Below, piece after piece: positions 10,408 through 21,189 of a stretch of DNA of 64,000 bases. Both the position numbers and the translations under genes were made by a program. Numbering within the stretch: position 1 is the first letter of the stretch; every line of letters starts with the position of its first letter. The stretch is taken from contig CAYWPC010000011.1 of assembly GCA_964460075.1 (NCBI GenBank), positions 12,029 through 76,028 of the forward strand. The letters are read 5' to 3'. The DNA comes from an uncultured Acidimicrobiaceae bacterium. Its GTDB lineage: Bacteria; Actinomycetota; Acidimicrobiia; Spongiisociales; UBA5794. The notes beneath the pieces were generated by a model, which had not been told where the DNA came from, did no database searches, and saw nothing but the letters and a program-made list of their open reading frames with translations.

Positions 10408-11255
10408 GCGCGCAGATACTTTCAGGCACCGTGGTGGCCAAGGCGGTCCGCCACCAGGTTGCACAGGACCTTGAAGAACTTCGAGCCGAAGGGTTCGACG
10501 TGGGGCTCGCCACGTTGCTCGTCGGCGACGACCCGGCATCCCACGTGTATGTTGGATACAAACACAAAGACGCTGAGGCCGTTGGTATGCGGTCGATTGA
10601 TGTGCAGCTTCCACAGTCGGCCAGTCAGGCGGACGTCCTTGCAGCAGTCGATGAGCTCAACGCCCGCGAAGACGTCACAGGCATGATCGTGCAACTGCCT
10701 CTTCCAGACGGCCTCGACGGCGAGGCGGCTGTAGAGCATGTGCTGCCCTCCAAGGACGCCGATGGGCTCCACCCGTTCAATCTCGGTCGCTTGATCCTCA
10801 GCCGCCAAGGGCCTCTCCCTGCAACACCGTCCGGCGTCATGACGATCCTCGAGCACTACGGAATAGAGACGGCTGGAAAGACTGCCGTCGTTGTCGGACG
10901 CAGCTTCCTCGTTGGCAAACCGATGGGTCTCCTTCTCGGTGCCAAGGGCGTGGATGCCACGGTGATTCAGGCACACTCACGGACACCGGATCTCGCATCG
11001 GTCTGCTCGACGGCCGATATCCTGGTGACGGCGATCGGTCGTCCCGGCATGGTCGATGCCTCGTTTGTCAAGCCAGGCGCCGTGGTCATCGACGTCGGCA
11101 CGACCCGTACGGAGGATGGACTACGGGGCGATGTCGTCTTTGATGACGTCGCGCACGTCGCGAGCGCGTTGACGCCTGTACCTGGCGGCGTAGGACCGAT
11201 GACTCGGGCCTCGCTGCTGAGAAACACGGTATGGCTCGCAAAGGCCTCGCTGTAA
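10404..11255 (+). CDS. folD: Methylenetetrahydrofolate dehydrogenase / methenyl-THF cyclohydrolase
   Basis: ILSGTVVAKAVR...LATLLVGDDPASHVYV and the VVGRS NAD(P)-binding motif. TTG start overlapping the purH stop. Confidence 0.95.
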   Translation: MSAQILSGTVVAKAVRHQVAQDLEELRAEGFDVGLATLLVGDDPASHVYVGYKHKDAEAVGMRSIDVQLPQSASQADVLAAVDELNAREDVTGMIVQLPLPDGLDGEAAVEHVLPSKDADGLHPFNLGRLILSRQGPLPATPSGVMTILEHYGIETAGKTAVVVGRSFLVGKPMGLLLGAKGVDATVIQAHSRTPDLASVCSTADILVTAIGRPGMVDASFVKPGAVVIDVGTTRTEDGLRGDVVFDDVAHVASALTPVPGGVGPMTRASLLRNTVWLAKASL

Positions 11256-11298
11256 TACATGAGAACTCGAAAAATAGACGAACCGAACGGAGAAGCTG

Positions 11299-12501
11299 AT
11301 GGCTGAAGCGATCACCAAGACCGAGACCGGCCTGAATGTGCCGGCTAACCCCACGATCCCCTTTATCGAGGGTGACGGCATTGGGCCAGATATCTGGTCA
11401 GCAGCCCAGGGAGTTTTCGACACAGCTGTTGCAAAGGCGTACGGGGGAAGCCGATCGATTGCCTGGGTGGAGGTCCTCGCTGGAGAGAAGGCATTCAACG
11501 AGACAGGTGAATGGCTACCTGAGGCAACGACGGAGGCGTTCAACGAGTACCTCGTCGGAATCAAGGGCCCGCTCACAACACCCGTCGGGGGCGGAATCCG
11601 GAGTCTCAACGTGGCGCTTCGCCAAATCCTCGATCTCTATGTGTGTCTGCGCCCCGTGCGCTGGTACAACGGTGTGCCATCTCCTGTGAAGCGTCCACAA
11701 GACGTCGACATGGTCATCTTCCGCGAAAACACGGAAGATGTGTATGCGGGCAAGGAGCTCGAGGCGGGGTCCGAGGGAGTTCACAAGCTTCTCACATTCC
11801 TCGACGAGGAATTCGGCTGGGATATCCGCAAGGACTCTGGCATCGGCATCAAGCCGATCTCGGAGACGGGAACGAAGCGGCTTGTCGCTGCCGCGATCCA
11901 GTATGCGTTGGAGCAGGGCCGTGATTCGCTCACGCTCGTGCACAAGGGCAACATCATGAAATTCACAGAGGGAGCCTTCCGCGAATGGGGATACGAGGTG
12001 GTTCGGGAACGTTTCTCGGATGTAGCTGTTGGATGGGAGGACTGCAACGGCCAGCCTGGGGACAAGCTGCTCGTGAAAGACGTGATCGCTGACGCCTTCT
12101 TGCAGCAGATCCTCACCCGCCCGAGAGAATACGACGTCATCGCCACGATGAACCTCAACGGCGACTACATGTCGGATGCACTCGCTGCTCAGGTCGGTGG
12201 GATCGGCATTGCCCCTGGTGGCAACATCAACTACGACACAGGTGTTGCGATTTTCGAGGCGACACACGGGACCGCACCTAAATACACGGGTATGGACAAG
12301 GTGAATCCCGGTTCGATCATTCTCTCCGGTGAGATGATGTTCCGGTATCTGGGTTGGGACGAGGCAGCCGACCTGATCATCAAGGGCGTAGAGGGCGCGA
12401 TCACGGAGAAGATCGTCACCTACGACTTCGCACGGCTTATGGATGGCGCCACCGAGGTGAAGTGCTCGGAGTTCGGTGAGGCCGTTCAAGCTCGCATGTA
12501 A
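11299..12501 (+). CDS. icd: NADP-dependent isocitrate dehydrogenase (homodimeric type)
   Basis: [37 protein letters not shown] and [23 protein letters not shown] motifs. GGAGAAG RBS. Confidence 0.9.
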   Translation: MAEAITKTETGLNVPANPTIPFIEGDGIGPDIWSAAQGVFDTAVAKAYGGSRSIAWVEVLAGEKAFNETGEWLPEATTEAFNEYLVGIKGPLTTPVGGGIRSLNVALRQILDLYVCLRPVRWYNGVPSPVKRPQDVDMVIFRENTEDVYAGKELEAGSEGVHKLLTFLDEEFGWDIRKDSGIGIKPISETGTKRLVAAAIQYALEQGRDSLTLVHKGNIMKFTEGAFREWGYEVVRERFSDVAVGWEDCNGQPGDKLLVKDVIADAFLQQILTRPREYDVIATMNLNGDYMSDALAAQVGGIGIAPGGNINYDTGVAIFEATHGTAPKYTGMDKVNPGSIILSGEMMFRYLGWDEAADLIIKGVEGAITEKIVTYDFARLMDGATEVKCSEFGEAVQARM

Positions 12502-12612
12502 CGCGGCGTAGCGGTTCGCTGCAGGGCTCGCACCGGTTCACGGTCTGGCAGATTCCGTGGACTGGTGTGCGAGTACCCTTAGTTGGAGAGTTGTCGTTCT
12601 CAAGGAGAGGCT

Positions 12613-13548
12613 ATGAGCAAGGTAACCGTTGTAGGCGCTGGCAAATACGGCTCCACCACCGCCCAGCGGATCGCTGAGTGGGACATTGTCGATGAGGTCG
12701 TGATGACCGACATCGTCGAAGGTCTTCCTCAGGGTCTCGCTCTCGATATGAACCAGTCCCGTCCCGTGATGAGATACAGGACTCTCGTGACCGGTACGAA
12801 CGACTACGCCGATACGGCTAACTCGGATGTTGTCGTGATCACCGCCGGTCTCCCACGTAAGCCGGGGATGAGTCGCATGGACTTGCTCGGCGTGAACGCG
12901 GGCATTGTGAAGTCCGTCGTCGAGGAGATTGCGAAGTACTCGCCAGAGGCCGTGATCATTGTCGTCACGAATCCGCTCGATCAGATGACGACACTTGCAG
13001 CAGAGGTCTCCGGGTTTCCTCGACATCGGGTTCTTGGGCAGGCCGGCATGCTCGACAGCGCTCGTTTTGCTCACTTCATCGCCGAAGCCGCCGATCACGA
13101 CATTCTCGACGTCAAGGCTGTAACGCTGGGATCTCATGGCGAGACGATGGTGCCCGTCCCATCTCTGTGCACGGTCGGTGACACTCCTCTCGTTGACGCG
13201 CTCGGGACTGCAAAGGTCGACGAGTTGGTCGATCGAACCCGTAAGGGTGGAGCCGAGATCGTTGCTTTCCTCAAAACCGGCTCGGCGTATTACGCACCCT
13301 CTGCCGCCGCGGCGATGATGGTGAAGGCCATCGTTGAGAGTCAGGGCGCAGAAATGCCGGTATGTGCGTGGATGGAGGGACAGTACGGCATCGACGATGT
13401 GTACCTAGGTGTTCTCGCAAGGCTCGGCGCGAACGGCGTTGAGGAGGTACTCGAACTTGATCTCACCGACGACGAAGTAGCGGGTCTCAGGCAAGCAGCT
13501 GTCGCTGTCAAGGAGAAGGTCGCCGTGCTCAGAGAGATCGAGATGTAA
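12613..13548 (+). CDS. mdh: Malate dehydrogenase (LDH-like family)
   Basis: KVTVVGAGKYGSTTA NAD-binding N-terminus and ITAGLPRKPGMSRMDL. ATG at 12613 after AAGGAGAGG. Confidence 0.9.
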   Translation: MSKVTVVGAGKYGSTTAQRIAEWDIVDEVVMTDIVEGLPQGLALDMNQSRPVMRYRTLVTGTNDYADTANSDVVVITAGLPRKPGMSRMDLLGVNAGIVKSVVEEIAKYSPEAVIIVVTNPLDQMTTLAAEVSGFPRHRVLGQAGMLDSARFAHFIAEAADHDILDVKAVTLGSHGETMVPVPSLCTVGDTPLVDALGTAKVDELVDRTRKGGAEIVAFLKTGSAYYAPSAAAAMMVKAIVESQGAEMPVCAWMEGQYGIDDVYLGVLARLGANGVEEVLELDLTDDEVAGLRQAAVAVKEKVAVLREIEM

Positions 13549-13583
13549 CGTTTGGAGAGCTCGTAGTTCCGGTCAGCAAAGAG

Positions 13584-13614
13584 AAAACGTCCCGATGTCT
13601 CATCGGGACGTTTT
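13584..13614. terminator. Perfect hairpin (14-bp stem, 3-nt loop) between convergent genes; bidirectional intrinsic terminator candidate
   Basis: AAAACGTCCCGATG-tct-CATCGGGACGTTTT with A/T-rich flanks on both sides. It lies between the mdh stop (13548) and the stop of the minus-strand membrane protein (13633). Confidence 0.6.
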
Positions 13615-13632
13615 CTTGTGTCTTGATACGAT

Positions 13633-14565
13633 CTATGCGGATGTCGCCTGTTCGCGCTCGAAGGTTTCGAGCGCTTCCCGTATTTCGCGGGAGCTCTCTT
13701 CTGCCGCTTCGCGTTGCTTTCGTGCACGTTCGAGCGCTGCGACGATGTCGCGTCGTTTGGCCCAGAGGCCGACGGCGCCCACGAACAGCAACGTGGCCGC
13801 GAACCCTGCGAGCCACCAGCCGGTAGCTGCCTGCGTGTCCTTGTACTGAGCAGCGACACCGGTGACTCCACCACCCTGGTCGAACAGACGCTGGGTGTCG
13901 AGAAGTGTCTGACGGATTGCCCCAGCCGAGAGCACGACAACGATCCACGCTGCCACGGATGTGAAGATCAGCATGCGGTTCGCAGCCACATCCGCCGGTT
14001 TGATCGAGATCGAGAGACCCCCGATGAGTAGGAACACCACGAAGACGACGAGCCATGTGTCGATGATGAGCTCGCTTCCAGAGGCGACGGCGCCGACGAG
14101 GAGGAAAAACGCCGCAAAAGCCGCGACGAAGAGTGGCAATGCCCGCTTGAAGAACACAGATATGTGTCTGAATCGGCTACGCACCGCCACAGACAACGTC
14201 GCGGCAAATACGGCCGAAATAGCTATGTTGATGATCGTGCTGACCGTGAGCGTCACTGAGCTGCGCTCGGTACCGACCGTGAATATCGCCGTGAAGACGG
14301 TGGATGCGACGACGAGATAGCCGACGACTGCGGCCGAGATCGATGGGCTCATCGATCCTTCCCAAGCCGTGAGCAGGGAACCGACCAGTAGCAGCACACC
14401 CATTACGGCAATGACCCATCCGTGTGTTGTGTCGTAGCCACGAATCGACCAGGGTTGGATCAGGAAGTTGTAGTCCGGGTTGGTACGGGCGTACTCCCAG
14501 GTCACCGATGAGATGAGGATCACAGGGCCGAGCGCCAGCGCGATCTTCGTCCAATTTTTCTTCAC
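13633..14565 (-). CDS. Integral membrane protein, unknown function
   Basis: At least 8 predicted hydrophobic helices and a charged, helical C-terminal tail (RKQREAAEESSREIREALETFERE). No recognisable family. Confidence 0.55.
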   Translation of the reverse strand: MKKNWTKIALALGPVILISSVTWEYARTNPDYNFLIQPWSIRGYDTTHGWVIAVMGVLLLVGSLLTAWEGSMSPSISAAVVGYLVVASTVFTAIFTVGTERSSVTLTVSTIINIAISAVFAATLSVAVRSRFRHISVFFKRALPLFVAAFAAFFLLVGAVASGSELIIDTWLVVFVVFLLIGGLSISIKPADVAANRMLIFTSVAAWIVVVLSAGAIRQTLLDTQRLFDQGGGVTGVAAQYKDTQAATGWWLAGFAATLLFVGAVGLWAKRRDIVAALERARKQREAAEESSREIREALETFEREQATSA

Positions 14566-14633
14566 GTAATGCCTCCGGTCGGCATTACTTTACCGGCTTC
14601 GCGTTGGTGCGGCAGTCCGCTAGGCCCTATTGT

Positions 14634-14662
14634 TGCTAGGGATTCGGGTCCTGGGTAGAATC
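14634..14662 (+). promoter_or_regulatory. Sigma-70-type promoter candidate for hup
   Basis: TTGCTA -35 (14634-14639), 17-bp spacer, TAGAAT -10 (14657-14662), about 50 bp upstream of the hup start. Confidence 0.4.
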
Positions 14663-14714
14663 ACATGTGTGTTATTCGTTCCACGAGAAGCGTGGACATG
14701 AGGAGGGTTCCGAG

Positions 14715-14993
14715 ATGAACAAGGGTGAACTTATCGAGGCAGTGGCTCGCAACACTGGCGAGTCGAAGGCGACCGCTGAGAAGGTGATCAACGAGACCCT
14801 CGACGTCATCGTGAGTGGTGTTGTCATGTCGGGGAAGGTACAGATCACCGGCTTCGGCACATTCGAGGGTCGCGATCGGGCAGCACGAACTGCGCGCAAT
14901 CCCCAGACAGGTGAAGAGATCAGGGTTGCCGCTACCAGGGTTCCCGCATTCAAGGCCGGGAAGTCGTTCAAGGACGCTGTCAGGCCAGGCTGA
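14715..14993 (+). CDS. hup: Nucleoid-associated protein HU
   Basis: MNKGELIEAVA...ITGFGTFEGRDRAARTARNPQTGEEI is the classic HU/IHF fold. ATG at 14715 after GAGGAGGG. Confidence 0.9.
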   Translation: MNKGELIEAVARNTGESKATAEKVINETLDVIVSGVVMSGKVQITGFGTFEGRDRAARTARNPQTGEEIRVAATRVPAFKAGKSFKDAVRPG

Positions 14994-15030
14994 CCAGAGC
15001 AGACCTCTCAGGGAGTACAGGGGAACGAAT

Positions 15031-15068
15031 AAGAGGGAGCAGTTTCGACCGCTCCCTCTTTTCGTTGT
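15031..15068 (+). terminator. Intrinsic terminator candidate after hup
   Basis: AAGAGGGAGC / GCTCCCTCTT perfect 10-bp stem, 10-nt loop, followed by TTCGTTGT. Confidence 0.5.
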
Positions 15069-15087
15069 GCTCGACCGTTGGTATGTA

Positions 15088-15111
15088 TCAGTACTCGACG
15101 TCGAGTACTGA
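15088..15111. repeat. Perfect 24-bp palindrome TCAGTACTCGACGTCGAGTACTGA
   Basis: Read directly. It contains TGA on both strands and encodes LDVEY-stop of the minus-strand SCP2 gene. Likely a bidirectional terminator hairpin. Confidence 0.6.
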
Positions 15112-15471
15112 GAGAACCCTGGCGTAGTCGTTGATGACGCCCTGGTGCATCATGATCTTTGCAACATTGCCGCCGACCTTGATCTTGCCTGTCATGAAGG
15201 CCATCTGAACGTTCAACTCCCCTTTGGAGATCGCCTTGGAGGTTTCATAGTCACTCGACACCGTCACATCTGCACCTTCGAGGATGCCCATGTCGGTTTC
15301 GACGGCACCGTCTTGCACCTTGAGGTAGTAGGCGACGTCGCCCGCTGATGTGCCAGACACCTCGAACTGGACGCCGAGATCGACGTTGGCAATCGAGTTC
15401 TGGAACCCTGGATCGCTGCCAAGTGCCTCTCGAGCTGCACTGAAGTGATCTTCGCTGAGGAAGGTTGCCAC
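15088..15471 (-). CDS. SCP2 (sterol carrier protein-2-like) domain protein
   Basis: 127 aa with the SCP2 fold signature (YYLKVQDGAVE...KGELNVQMAFMTGKIKVGGNVAKIM). Confidence 0.75.
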   Translation of the reverse strand: MATFLSEDHFSAAREALGSDPGFQNSIANVDLGVQFEVSGTSAGDVAYYLKVQDGAVETDMGILEGADVTVSSDYETSKAISKGELNVQMAFMTGKIKVGGNVAKIMMHQGVINDYARVLSVLDVEY

Positions 15472-15644
15472 TGGTGGTCCTTTCGTGTGGGTGCGTCCGC
15501 CAGGAGTCTACCGGATGGCTCGCCGGCCATCCGCTGCCGGCTCTGACGGCATGCCTGACCGTTCAACAGAGACGTGTCAGGGCCTACGTGAGCCCCTGGA
15601 GCCCTGCTGAATGGTGTCTGCAATCAATTGATTACCCTTCGGCT

Positions 15645-16208
15645 ATGCATCTACAGGTTCGACCCTCACAATGGCACGGCAACGAGGTAGTTGCAGACAC
15701 CATTCGTGAAGTCGTGTTCGGTGCAGAGGACGGCACCGTTCAGAACACAGCTCTCATAGCAGGCATGGTTGGTGCCGGGCTATCGAGCAGCGTCATCGTC
15801 ATAGCAGGCATGGTCAACGCGATTGCGGGTGTGCTGTCGATGGCTGTTGGCGCGTATCTTTCATCGAAGGCCGAGCGCGACACGAGACTTGCCTCCTCAT
15901 GCGCCGAGCCTGTGAGGAGCTCATCCCCGAGGAGGGACGCCATTGTCATGGCAGTCGCGTATGGGATTGGAGCGCTTGTCCCGTTGTTTCCGTTTGTGGT
16001 TGGCGTCATCGATCCGCACACCGCACTGGCGATTGCTGTCGTTGCAACAGCAGTTGTGTTGTACGGTCTCGGCGCTGGCAAGGCGATCGCGAGTGGTCAA
16101 CCGATCGTCCGTTCGGGTCTTGAGATGTTGCTACTCGCTGCAGGTGCTGGACTTGCTGGCTACTTCCTGGGCGTTCTTGCAGGAGCCGCGTTCGGGGTTG
16201 ATGGGTGA
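15645..16208 (+). CDS. VIT1/CCC1-family (DUF125) membrane protein, compact form
   Basis: EVVFGAEDGTVQNTALIAGMVGAG matches the family N-terminal motif. Five hydrophobic segments. The cytoplasmic loop is unusually short. Confidence 0.55.
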   Translation: MHLQVRPSQWHGNEVVADTIREVVFGAEDGTVQNTALIAGMVGAGLSSSVIVIAGMVNAIAGVLSMAVGAYLSSKAERDTRLASSCAEPVRSSSPRRDAIVMAVAYGIGALVPLFPFVVGVIDPHTALAIAVVATAVVLYGLGAGKAIASGQPIVRSGLEMLLLAAGAGLAGYFLGVLAGAAFGVDG

Positions 16209-16538
16209 TCGGCAGTCCTTCAAGGTCCAGTCTTCTGTTGTCTGTCACGATCGAGATTCGTTCATGGAAGCGCTCTTCATCGATACAGATGGGACAGCCC
16301 GAGCGGTTTGGAGAAGTATCCGAGTAGGCCGAGTGGATGGGAATCAGGTGAGTGACTGTTTCAGGGCACCGAGCTGCTACCAGGGCGCATGACACCGCGG
16401 TCGTCACTGGTCACGAGAGGGGAGAGACCGAAGGTGACGCACAGGTATCGCACAACAAAGTGCAGTACCGGTGCCATCCTGTGCCGCCCGTCGAGGGGAA
16501 AGAGCTGGGCCTCGAAACGGCTAGAACCCTTGGTATCC

Positions 16539-17294
16539 CTAGGAAAACTTGGTCTTCGGCTTCTCCTCGAGCACACCGTCCACATAGATATCCAGCTTCT
16601 CGTTGTAGAACGACACGAAACCCGCGATCTGTTGGGATTCGCGCAGTGGCGTGTCATAGCCCCAAGCCACGTCGTCGTGAGTGGTGCCACTCGTGTTGAT
16701 CGACCAGTACTGCGCTGTACCTTTGTATGGGCACCCTGTTGTGGTGTCGGATCGCGTCAAGTATTCGAAGCGGACATCGGTCTTCGGTAGGTAGTACCTG
16801 GTAGGGAGGCCCGTCTCGAAGAGGAACCGCGGTTTGTTGGATTCAGCGACGGCTACACCATCGACCTCGACTCGGATTGTGCGGGAGCTCTGGAGGACAT
16901 CGATGCGTGTGTAGGGGTCTCGTGCGTGGAAGTAGACTTCATCGTCCTCCTCGAACCAGGCGTCCATCGACCGCCATCTGAACGAGATGTGCCCCTGCAC
17001 AGCTTCGAGCTTGGGTTCGTTCCACACCAGCGCCGCCTCGGCCACGGTCGTGTCGCCAACCGTGATATCGCTTAGATCAGCGGTCCCCCTGCTCGGTGAG
17101 CGCTTGGTCGTTCCCGAGTCCGACAACAGGTCCATACGCACCGACTCGCGTGGGAAGTAGTAGGTGGGGTAGTAGGGAACCTCCCACACCAACTTCACCG
17201 CAGTGGAGTCTGCAACCGTCACACCGCCGATCTGTGCGCGGATCCTCTTGGTGCCGTCCTCAACACGGACACGGCCTCGGGTCTGGGTCGTCAT
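16539..17294 (-). CDS. Protein with two tandem DUF427 domains
   Basis: Two repeats each containing the YYFP/YYLP motif (EVPYYPTYYFPRESV and GLPTRYYLPKTDV). Confidence 0.7.
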   Translation of the reverse strand: MTTQTRGRVRVEDGTKRIRAQIGGVTVADSTAVKLVWEVPYYPTYYFPRESVRMDLLSDSGTTKRSPSRGTADLSDITVGDTTVAEAALVWNEPKLEAVQGHISFRWRSMDAWFEEDDEVYFHARDPYTRIDVLQSSRTIRVEVDGVAVAESNKPRFLFETGLPTRYYLPKTDVRFEYLTRSDTTTGCPYKGTAQYWSINTSGTTHDDVAWGYDTPLRESQQIAGFVSFYNEKLDIYVDGVLEEKPKTKFS

Positions 17295-17398
17295 CGATGC
17301 TCCTCAAGTCGTTGATGACTCAACGCGTCTGCATCGTCGATGATTCCCAGGGCTGTCGTGGCGCCTGGCACGGTGCCAGACGCCATCGGTTGGCTGCG

Positions 17399-18160
17399 TT
17401 AGGACTGGCCCGACTTCACGAGGTTCTTGAACTGCGCCCTGACATAGTCCCGGTTCATGAAGGCGATGAAGTCGATCGAGATCGACTTCGGGCACGCCTT
17501 TTCACACTCGCCGTAGTTCGTGCACGAGCCGAAGTACTCCTCCATCGTCTCCACCATCGCCACGGTACGCGTGTAGCGCTCAGGCTGGCCCTGTGGCAGC
17601 AGGTTCAGGTGGCTGAGCTTCGCTGCGACGAACAGGTTCGCTGCGCTGTTGGGACACGCTGCGACACAAGCAGCGCATCCAATGCACGCCGCAGCGTCCA
17701 TCGACGCCTCTGCGGCTTCCTTCGGCACGGCAATGATGTTCGCGTCGGGTGCCGCCCCTGTGTTGATCGAGATGTAGCCCCCGGATTCAACGATGCGATC
17801 GAACGGTGAGCGATCGACGATGAGATCCTTGACGACGGGAAACGCTGTTGCTCTCCACGGCTCGATCGTGATCGTGTCACCGTCTGAGAACTTTCGCATG
17901 TGGAGCTGGCAGGTAGCTGTCCCCGACTGGGGTCCATGAGGCTTCCCGTTGATCATGAGCCCGCACATACCACAAATACCCTCACGGCAGTCGTGGTCGA
18001 ATGCGATCGGATCCTCTCCAGATGCGTTGAGATCCTCGTTGACCTGGTCGAGCATTTCGAGGAACGATGCCTCATCGCTGACGTTTGTTGCCGAGTAGGT
18101 TGTGAACTCACCCTTGGCATTCGCGCTGGCCTGTCTCCAGACCTTCAGTGACAGGTCCAT
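17399..18160 (-). CDS. sdhB: Succinate dehydrogenase / fumarate reductase iron-sulfur subunit
   Basis: 2Fe-2S ([10 protein letters not shown]) and 4Fe-4S/3Fe-4S cysteine clusters ([24 protein letters not shown]). ATG at 18160 with GAGGAG RBS; one-base overlap with the sdhA stop. Confidence 0.9.
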   Translation of the reverse strand: MDLSLKVWRQASANAKGEFTTYSATNVSDEASFLEMLDQVNEDLNASGEDPIAFDHDCREGICGMCGLMINGKPHGPQSGTATCQLHMRKFSDGDTITIEPWRATAFPVVKDLIVDRSPFDRIVESGGYISINTGAAPDANIIAVPKEAAEASMDAAACIGCAACVAACPNSAANLFVAAKLSHLNLLPQGQPERYTRTVAMVETMEEYFGSCTNYGECEKACPKSISIDFIAFMNRDYVRAQFKNLVKSGQS

Positions 18161-20094
18161 TACTTGTAGCTCCTCTGCGTCAAAGCGACGTACTCGAACT
18201 CGAGAGGTTCCTTGTGAAGCGCCTGCCTGGCATCCTCGCCGCTCCACGCCCAAGCCGCGACGTAGGCGTAGTTCTCGTCGTCTCGTTTGGCCTCGCCGTC
18301 TTCCGTCTGATGCTCCAGCCTGAAGTGGCCACCGCAGCTCTCCTCTCTGTCGAGAGCATCGACGCACATCAGCTCTGCCAATTCGAAGAAGTCGGCGACC
18401 CTGCCTGCCCGCTCAAGGGACTGGTTGAGCGAGTCCGCAGTGCCAATGACTCGTAGATCCTTCCAGAATTCGGCTTGAATCGTTCGTATCTCGTCTATGG
18501 CTTTCTCGAGGCCTTCACGGTTTCTTGCAAGGCCGCAGTACTCGATCATGACTTTGCCGAGTTGTCGGTGGAAATGGTCGACGGATTGTGTTCCGTTTAT
18601 CGCCAGGAACCGCTCGGTCCGCTCGTTGATGCTGTTGACCGTCTCGATGAACACGGCGTCGCCCGTCGAAACCGGATCGACGTTCAGGTACTCGGAGAGA
18701 TACTCGCCAACCGTGTACGGCAAGACGAAGTACCCGTCCGCGAGCCCTTGCATCAGAGCAGATGCTCCGAGCCGATTCGCGCCATGGTCGGAGAAGTTTG
18801 CCTCCCCAATGGCGTACAGGCCAGGGACCGTGGTCATGAGGTTGTAATCCACCCACAGGCCACCCATCGTGTAGTGCGGCGCCGGATAGATACGCATCGG
18901 AACCTCGTACGGGTTCTCGTCGGTGATGCGCTCGTACATCTCGAACAAGTTGCCGTATCGCTCCTCGATCTTGGCCCTGGTGAGTCGCGCGATCGCGCTG
19001 CTGAAGTCGAGGTAGACCCCGTTCTTGAGCGGTCCGACACCTCGGTTCTGATCGATCATGCGCATTGCAGCCCGTGATGCAACATCACGCGGCACGAGAT
19101 TGCCGAACGCCGGATACTGCCGCTCCAGGTAGTAATCGCGTTCGTCTTCGGGGATGTCGTTCGGTTGCCGTGTGTCACCAGGATCCACCGGTACCCAAAT
19201 GCGACCGTCGTTGCGCAGCGACTCGGACATGAGTGTCAGTTTTGACTGGAACTCATCCGACGCAGGGATACACGTCGGGTGAATCTGTGTGAACGACGGG
19301 TTCGCGAAGTAGGCACCCTTCCTGTGTGCACGCCATGCCGCCGTTGCGTTGCAGGCCATTGCGTTGGTCGAAAGGAAGAACACATTGGAATATCCGCCCG
19401 TCGCGAGCACGACAGCGTGGGCCGAATGCGCGGTGATCTCACCTGTGATCAAGTCACGGACGACGACACCGACCGCTCGCCCGTCCTTGGTGACGAGTTC
19501 GAGCATCTCCGAGCGGTTGTGGAACTCCACGGTTCCAGCATCGATCTGCCTCGCCAAGGCCTGATACGCACCAAGGAGTAATTGCTGACCAGTCTGGCCA
19601 CGCGCGTAGAACGTCCTCGATACCTGAGCGCCACCGAAGGAGCGATTGTCGAGCAGTCCACCGTACTCCCGTGCGAACGGCACACCTTGGGCGGTTGCTT
19701 GATCGATGATCTCGTTGGATACTTCGGCGAGTCGGTACACATTTGACTCCCTGGATCGGTAGTCGCCCCCCTTCACCGTGTCGTAGAACAGCCGGAAGAT
19801 CGAGTCTCCATCGTTCGGGTAATTCTTGGCCGCGTTGATGCCACCTTGGGCCGCGATCGAGTGGGCTCGCCTGGGGGAGTCGTGATAGGTGAAGACCTTG
19901 ACGTTGTAGCCCAGTTCACCGAACGTCGCCGCGGCAGATGCACCAGCGAGCCCGGTGCCGATAACGATGATCTCGTACTTGCGTTTGTTCGCAGGGTTGA
20001 CCAGCTTCGTCTTGAACTTGTGGTTGACCCAGCGGTCCGCGATGGGCCCATCTGGAGTCCTTGCATCGAGGGTGGGGGGGTGGTTGTCCGTCAC
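18160..20094 (-). CDS. sdhA: Succinate dehydrogenase flavoprotein subunit
   Basis: FAD-binding [28 protein letters not shown] and RLGASAL motifs. 644 aa. Confidence 0.95.
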   Translation of the reverse strand: MTDNHPPTLDARTPDGPIADRWVNHKFKTKLVNPANKRKYEIIVIGTGLAGASAAATFGELGYNVKVFTYHDSPRRAHSIAAQGGINAAKNYPNDGDSIFRLFYDTVKGGDYRSRESNVYRLAEVSNEIIDQATAQGVPFAREYGGLLDNRSFGGAQVSRTFYARGQTGQQLLLGAYQALARQIDAGTVEFHNRSEMLELVTKDGRAVGVVVRDLITGEITAHSAHAVVLATGGYSNVFFLSTNAMACNATAAWRAHRKGAYFANPSFTQIHPTCIPASDEFQSKLTLMSESLRNDGRIWVPVDPGDTRQPNDIPEDERDYYLERQYPAFGNLVPRDVASRAAMRMIDQNRGVGPLKNGVYLDFSSAIARLTRAKIEERYGNLFEMYERITDENPYEVPMRIYPAPHYTMGGLWVDYNLMTTVPGLYAIGEANFSDHGANRLGASALMQGLADGYFVLPYTVGEYLSEYLNVDPVSTGDAVFIETVNSINERTERFLAINGTQSVDHFHRQLGKVMIEYCGLARNREGLEKAIDEIRTIQAEFWKDLRVIGTADSLNQSLERAGRVADFFELAELMCVDALDREESCGGHFRLEHQTEDGEAKRDDENYAYVAAWAWSGEDARQALHKEPLEFEYVALTQRSYK

Positions 20095-20112
20095 TGTCTG
20101 CCTACCTTCCGA

Positions 20113-20856
20113 TCACGAGACCCAGCCGGTCCACACGGCCAGTACGATCGCAACGTTTCCGATGAATATCACCCCTGCGAAAGCCACGGCGAAGTAGCGT
20201 CGAAGGATCTTGTATCTCGCGTTGACGCTTCCGAGGCTCTGGAACAAGCTCCACGCACCGTGGTAGATGTGCAGAGCAAGAGCGCCCTGTGCAACGAGGT
20301 ACAAGATGGCCACGAGCGGTCGAGTAAGGCTTGTCGTTACGTTGTTGTACGCCGCGAGGTATTCGAATTCAGGGTTCGCCCAGCCGACAGTCAAGTCGGC
20401 GAGATGGAACAAGACGAAGAGCAGGATGATCACGCCACCCCAGCGCATCGTGCGGTTTGCGTAATTCACCGCTTCGTACTGGCGTGTTGCCTCGTACCGT
20501 CCGTGGCCTCTCGCCGCGATGTTACGTCTGGTCAGCTCTGCTGCCGCGTAGATGTGGATCACGAAGATCGCTATCAAACCGATGCGGAAAAGCCAAAGGA
20601 TTGATTGCTCAGGAAGGAGGTCCCCTCCGAGGCTTCTCAGCGCTTCTGCGTACAGATCGATTTCGAATTGACCGGCCCCGTTGGCTCCGAGAAAGATCTT
20701 GAGGTTCCCGAGCAGATGCGCCAGCAGGTAGAGCAGGAGGCCGATCCCGGTAAGCCCCATTGACCACTTGAGGCCAATCGACGAGGAGAAGAACCCCCCG
20801 AACCAGGAGCGCCAACCCTGGCGAGCGTGAACTTCGGCGCGTTTCGTGGTCGTCAC
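20113..20856 (-). CDS. sdhC: Succinate dehydrogenase membrane anchor / cytochrome b subunit (5-TM type)
   Basis: Multi-TM protein with conserved His residues directly upstream of sdhA. GTG start at 20856 preceded by AAGGAAGG RBS. The longer ORF to 21087 is probably an upstream extension. Confidence 0.65.
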   Translation of the reverse strand: MTTTKRAEVHARQGWRSWFGGFFSSSIGLKWSMGLTGIGLLLYLLAHLLGNLKIFLGANGAGQFEIDLYAEALRSLGGDLLPEQSILWLFRIGLIAIFVIHIYAAAELTRRNIAARGHGRYEATRQYEAVNYANRTMRWGGVIILLFVLFHLADLTVGWANPEFEYLAAYNNVTTSLTRPLVAILYLVAQGALALHIYHGAWSLFQSLGSVNARYKILRRYFAVAFAGVIFIGNVAIVLAVWTGWVS

Positions 20857-21189
20857 TGAACCTTCCTTGCCGCGTGTGTCTTCAAGAGTATCGTCGACCC
20901 GCGTCGCAGTGTCGAAACGAGAATGGGTGAGTCTCTGCCCAGCGGCGCGGATCGGGTCGATGGCAGTTCTTTGATCGAAACGGCTCCGATTGGCTGTGTG
21001 CGTCCAGGTCGCGTCGAGCCCTCGGGAGGACGCGTCGGGCGTTAGGTCCTTGACAATTGCAACGAAATGCGCGCGCGAGCTTGACACGCGCGCGCGGTGT
21101 TGGTTGAATTACAGAAGTGTAATTACGCTGTTGTAGGAGACAACGTGTTCATAGACCTCATTGAGGCGTTGCAAGCTGAAGGTATCGAC

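Noticed and set aside
20074-20080. G7 homopolymer near the 5' end of sdhA (codes HPP on the minus strand)
   Set aside because: It is in frame within a well-conserved essential gene. Likely just codon composition rather than a phase-variable tract.
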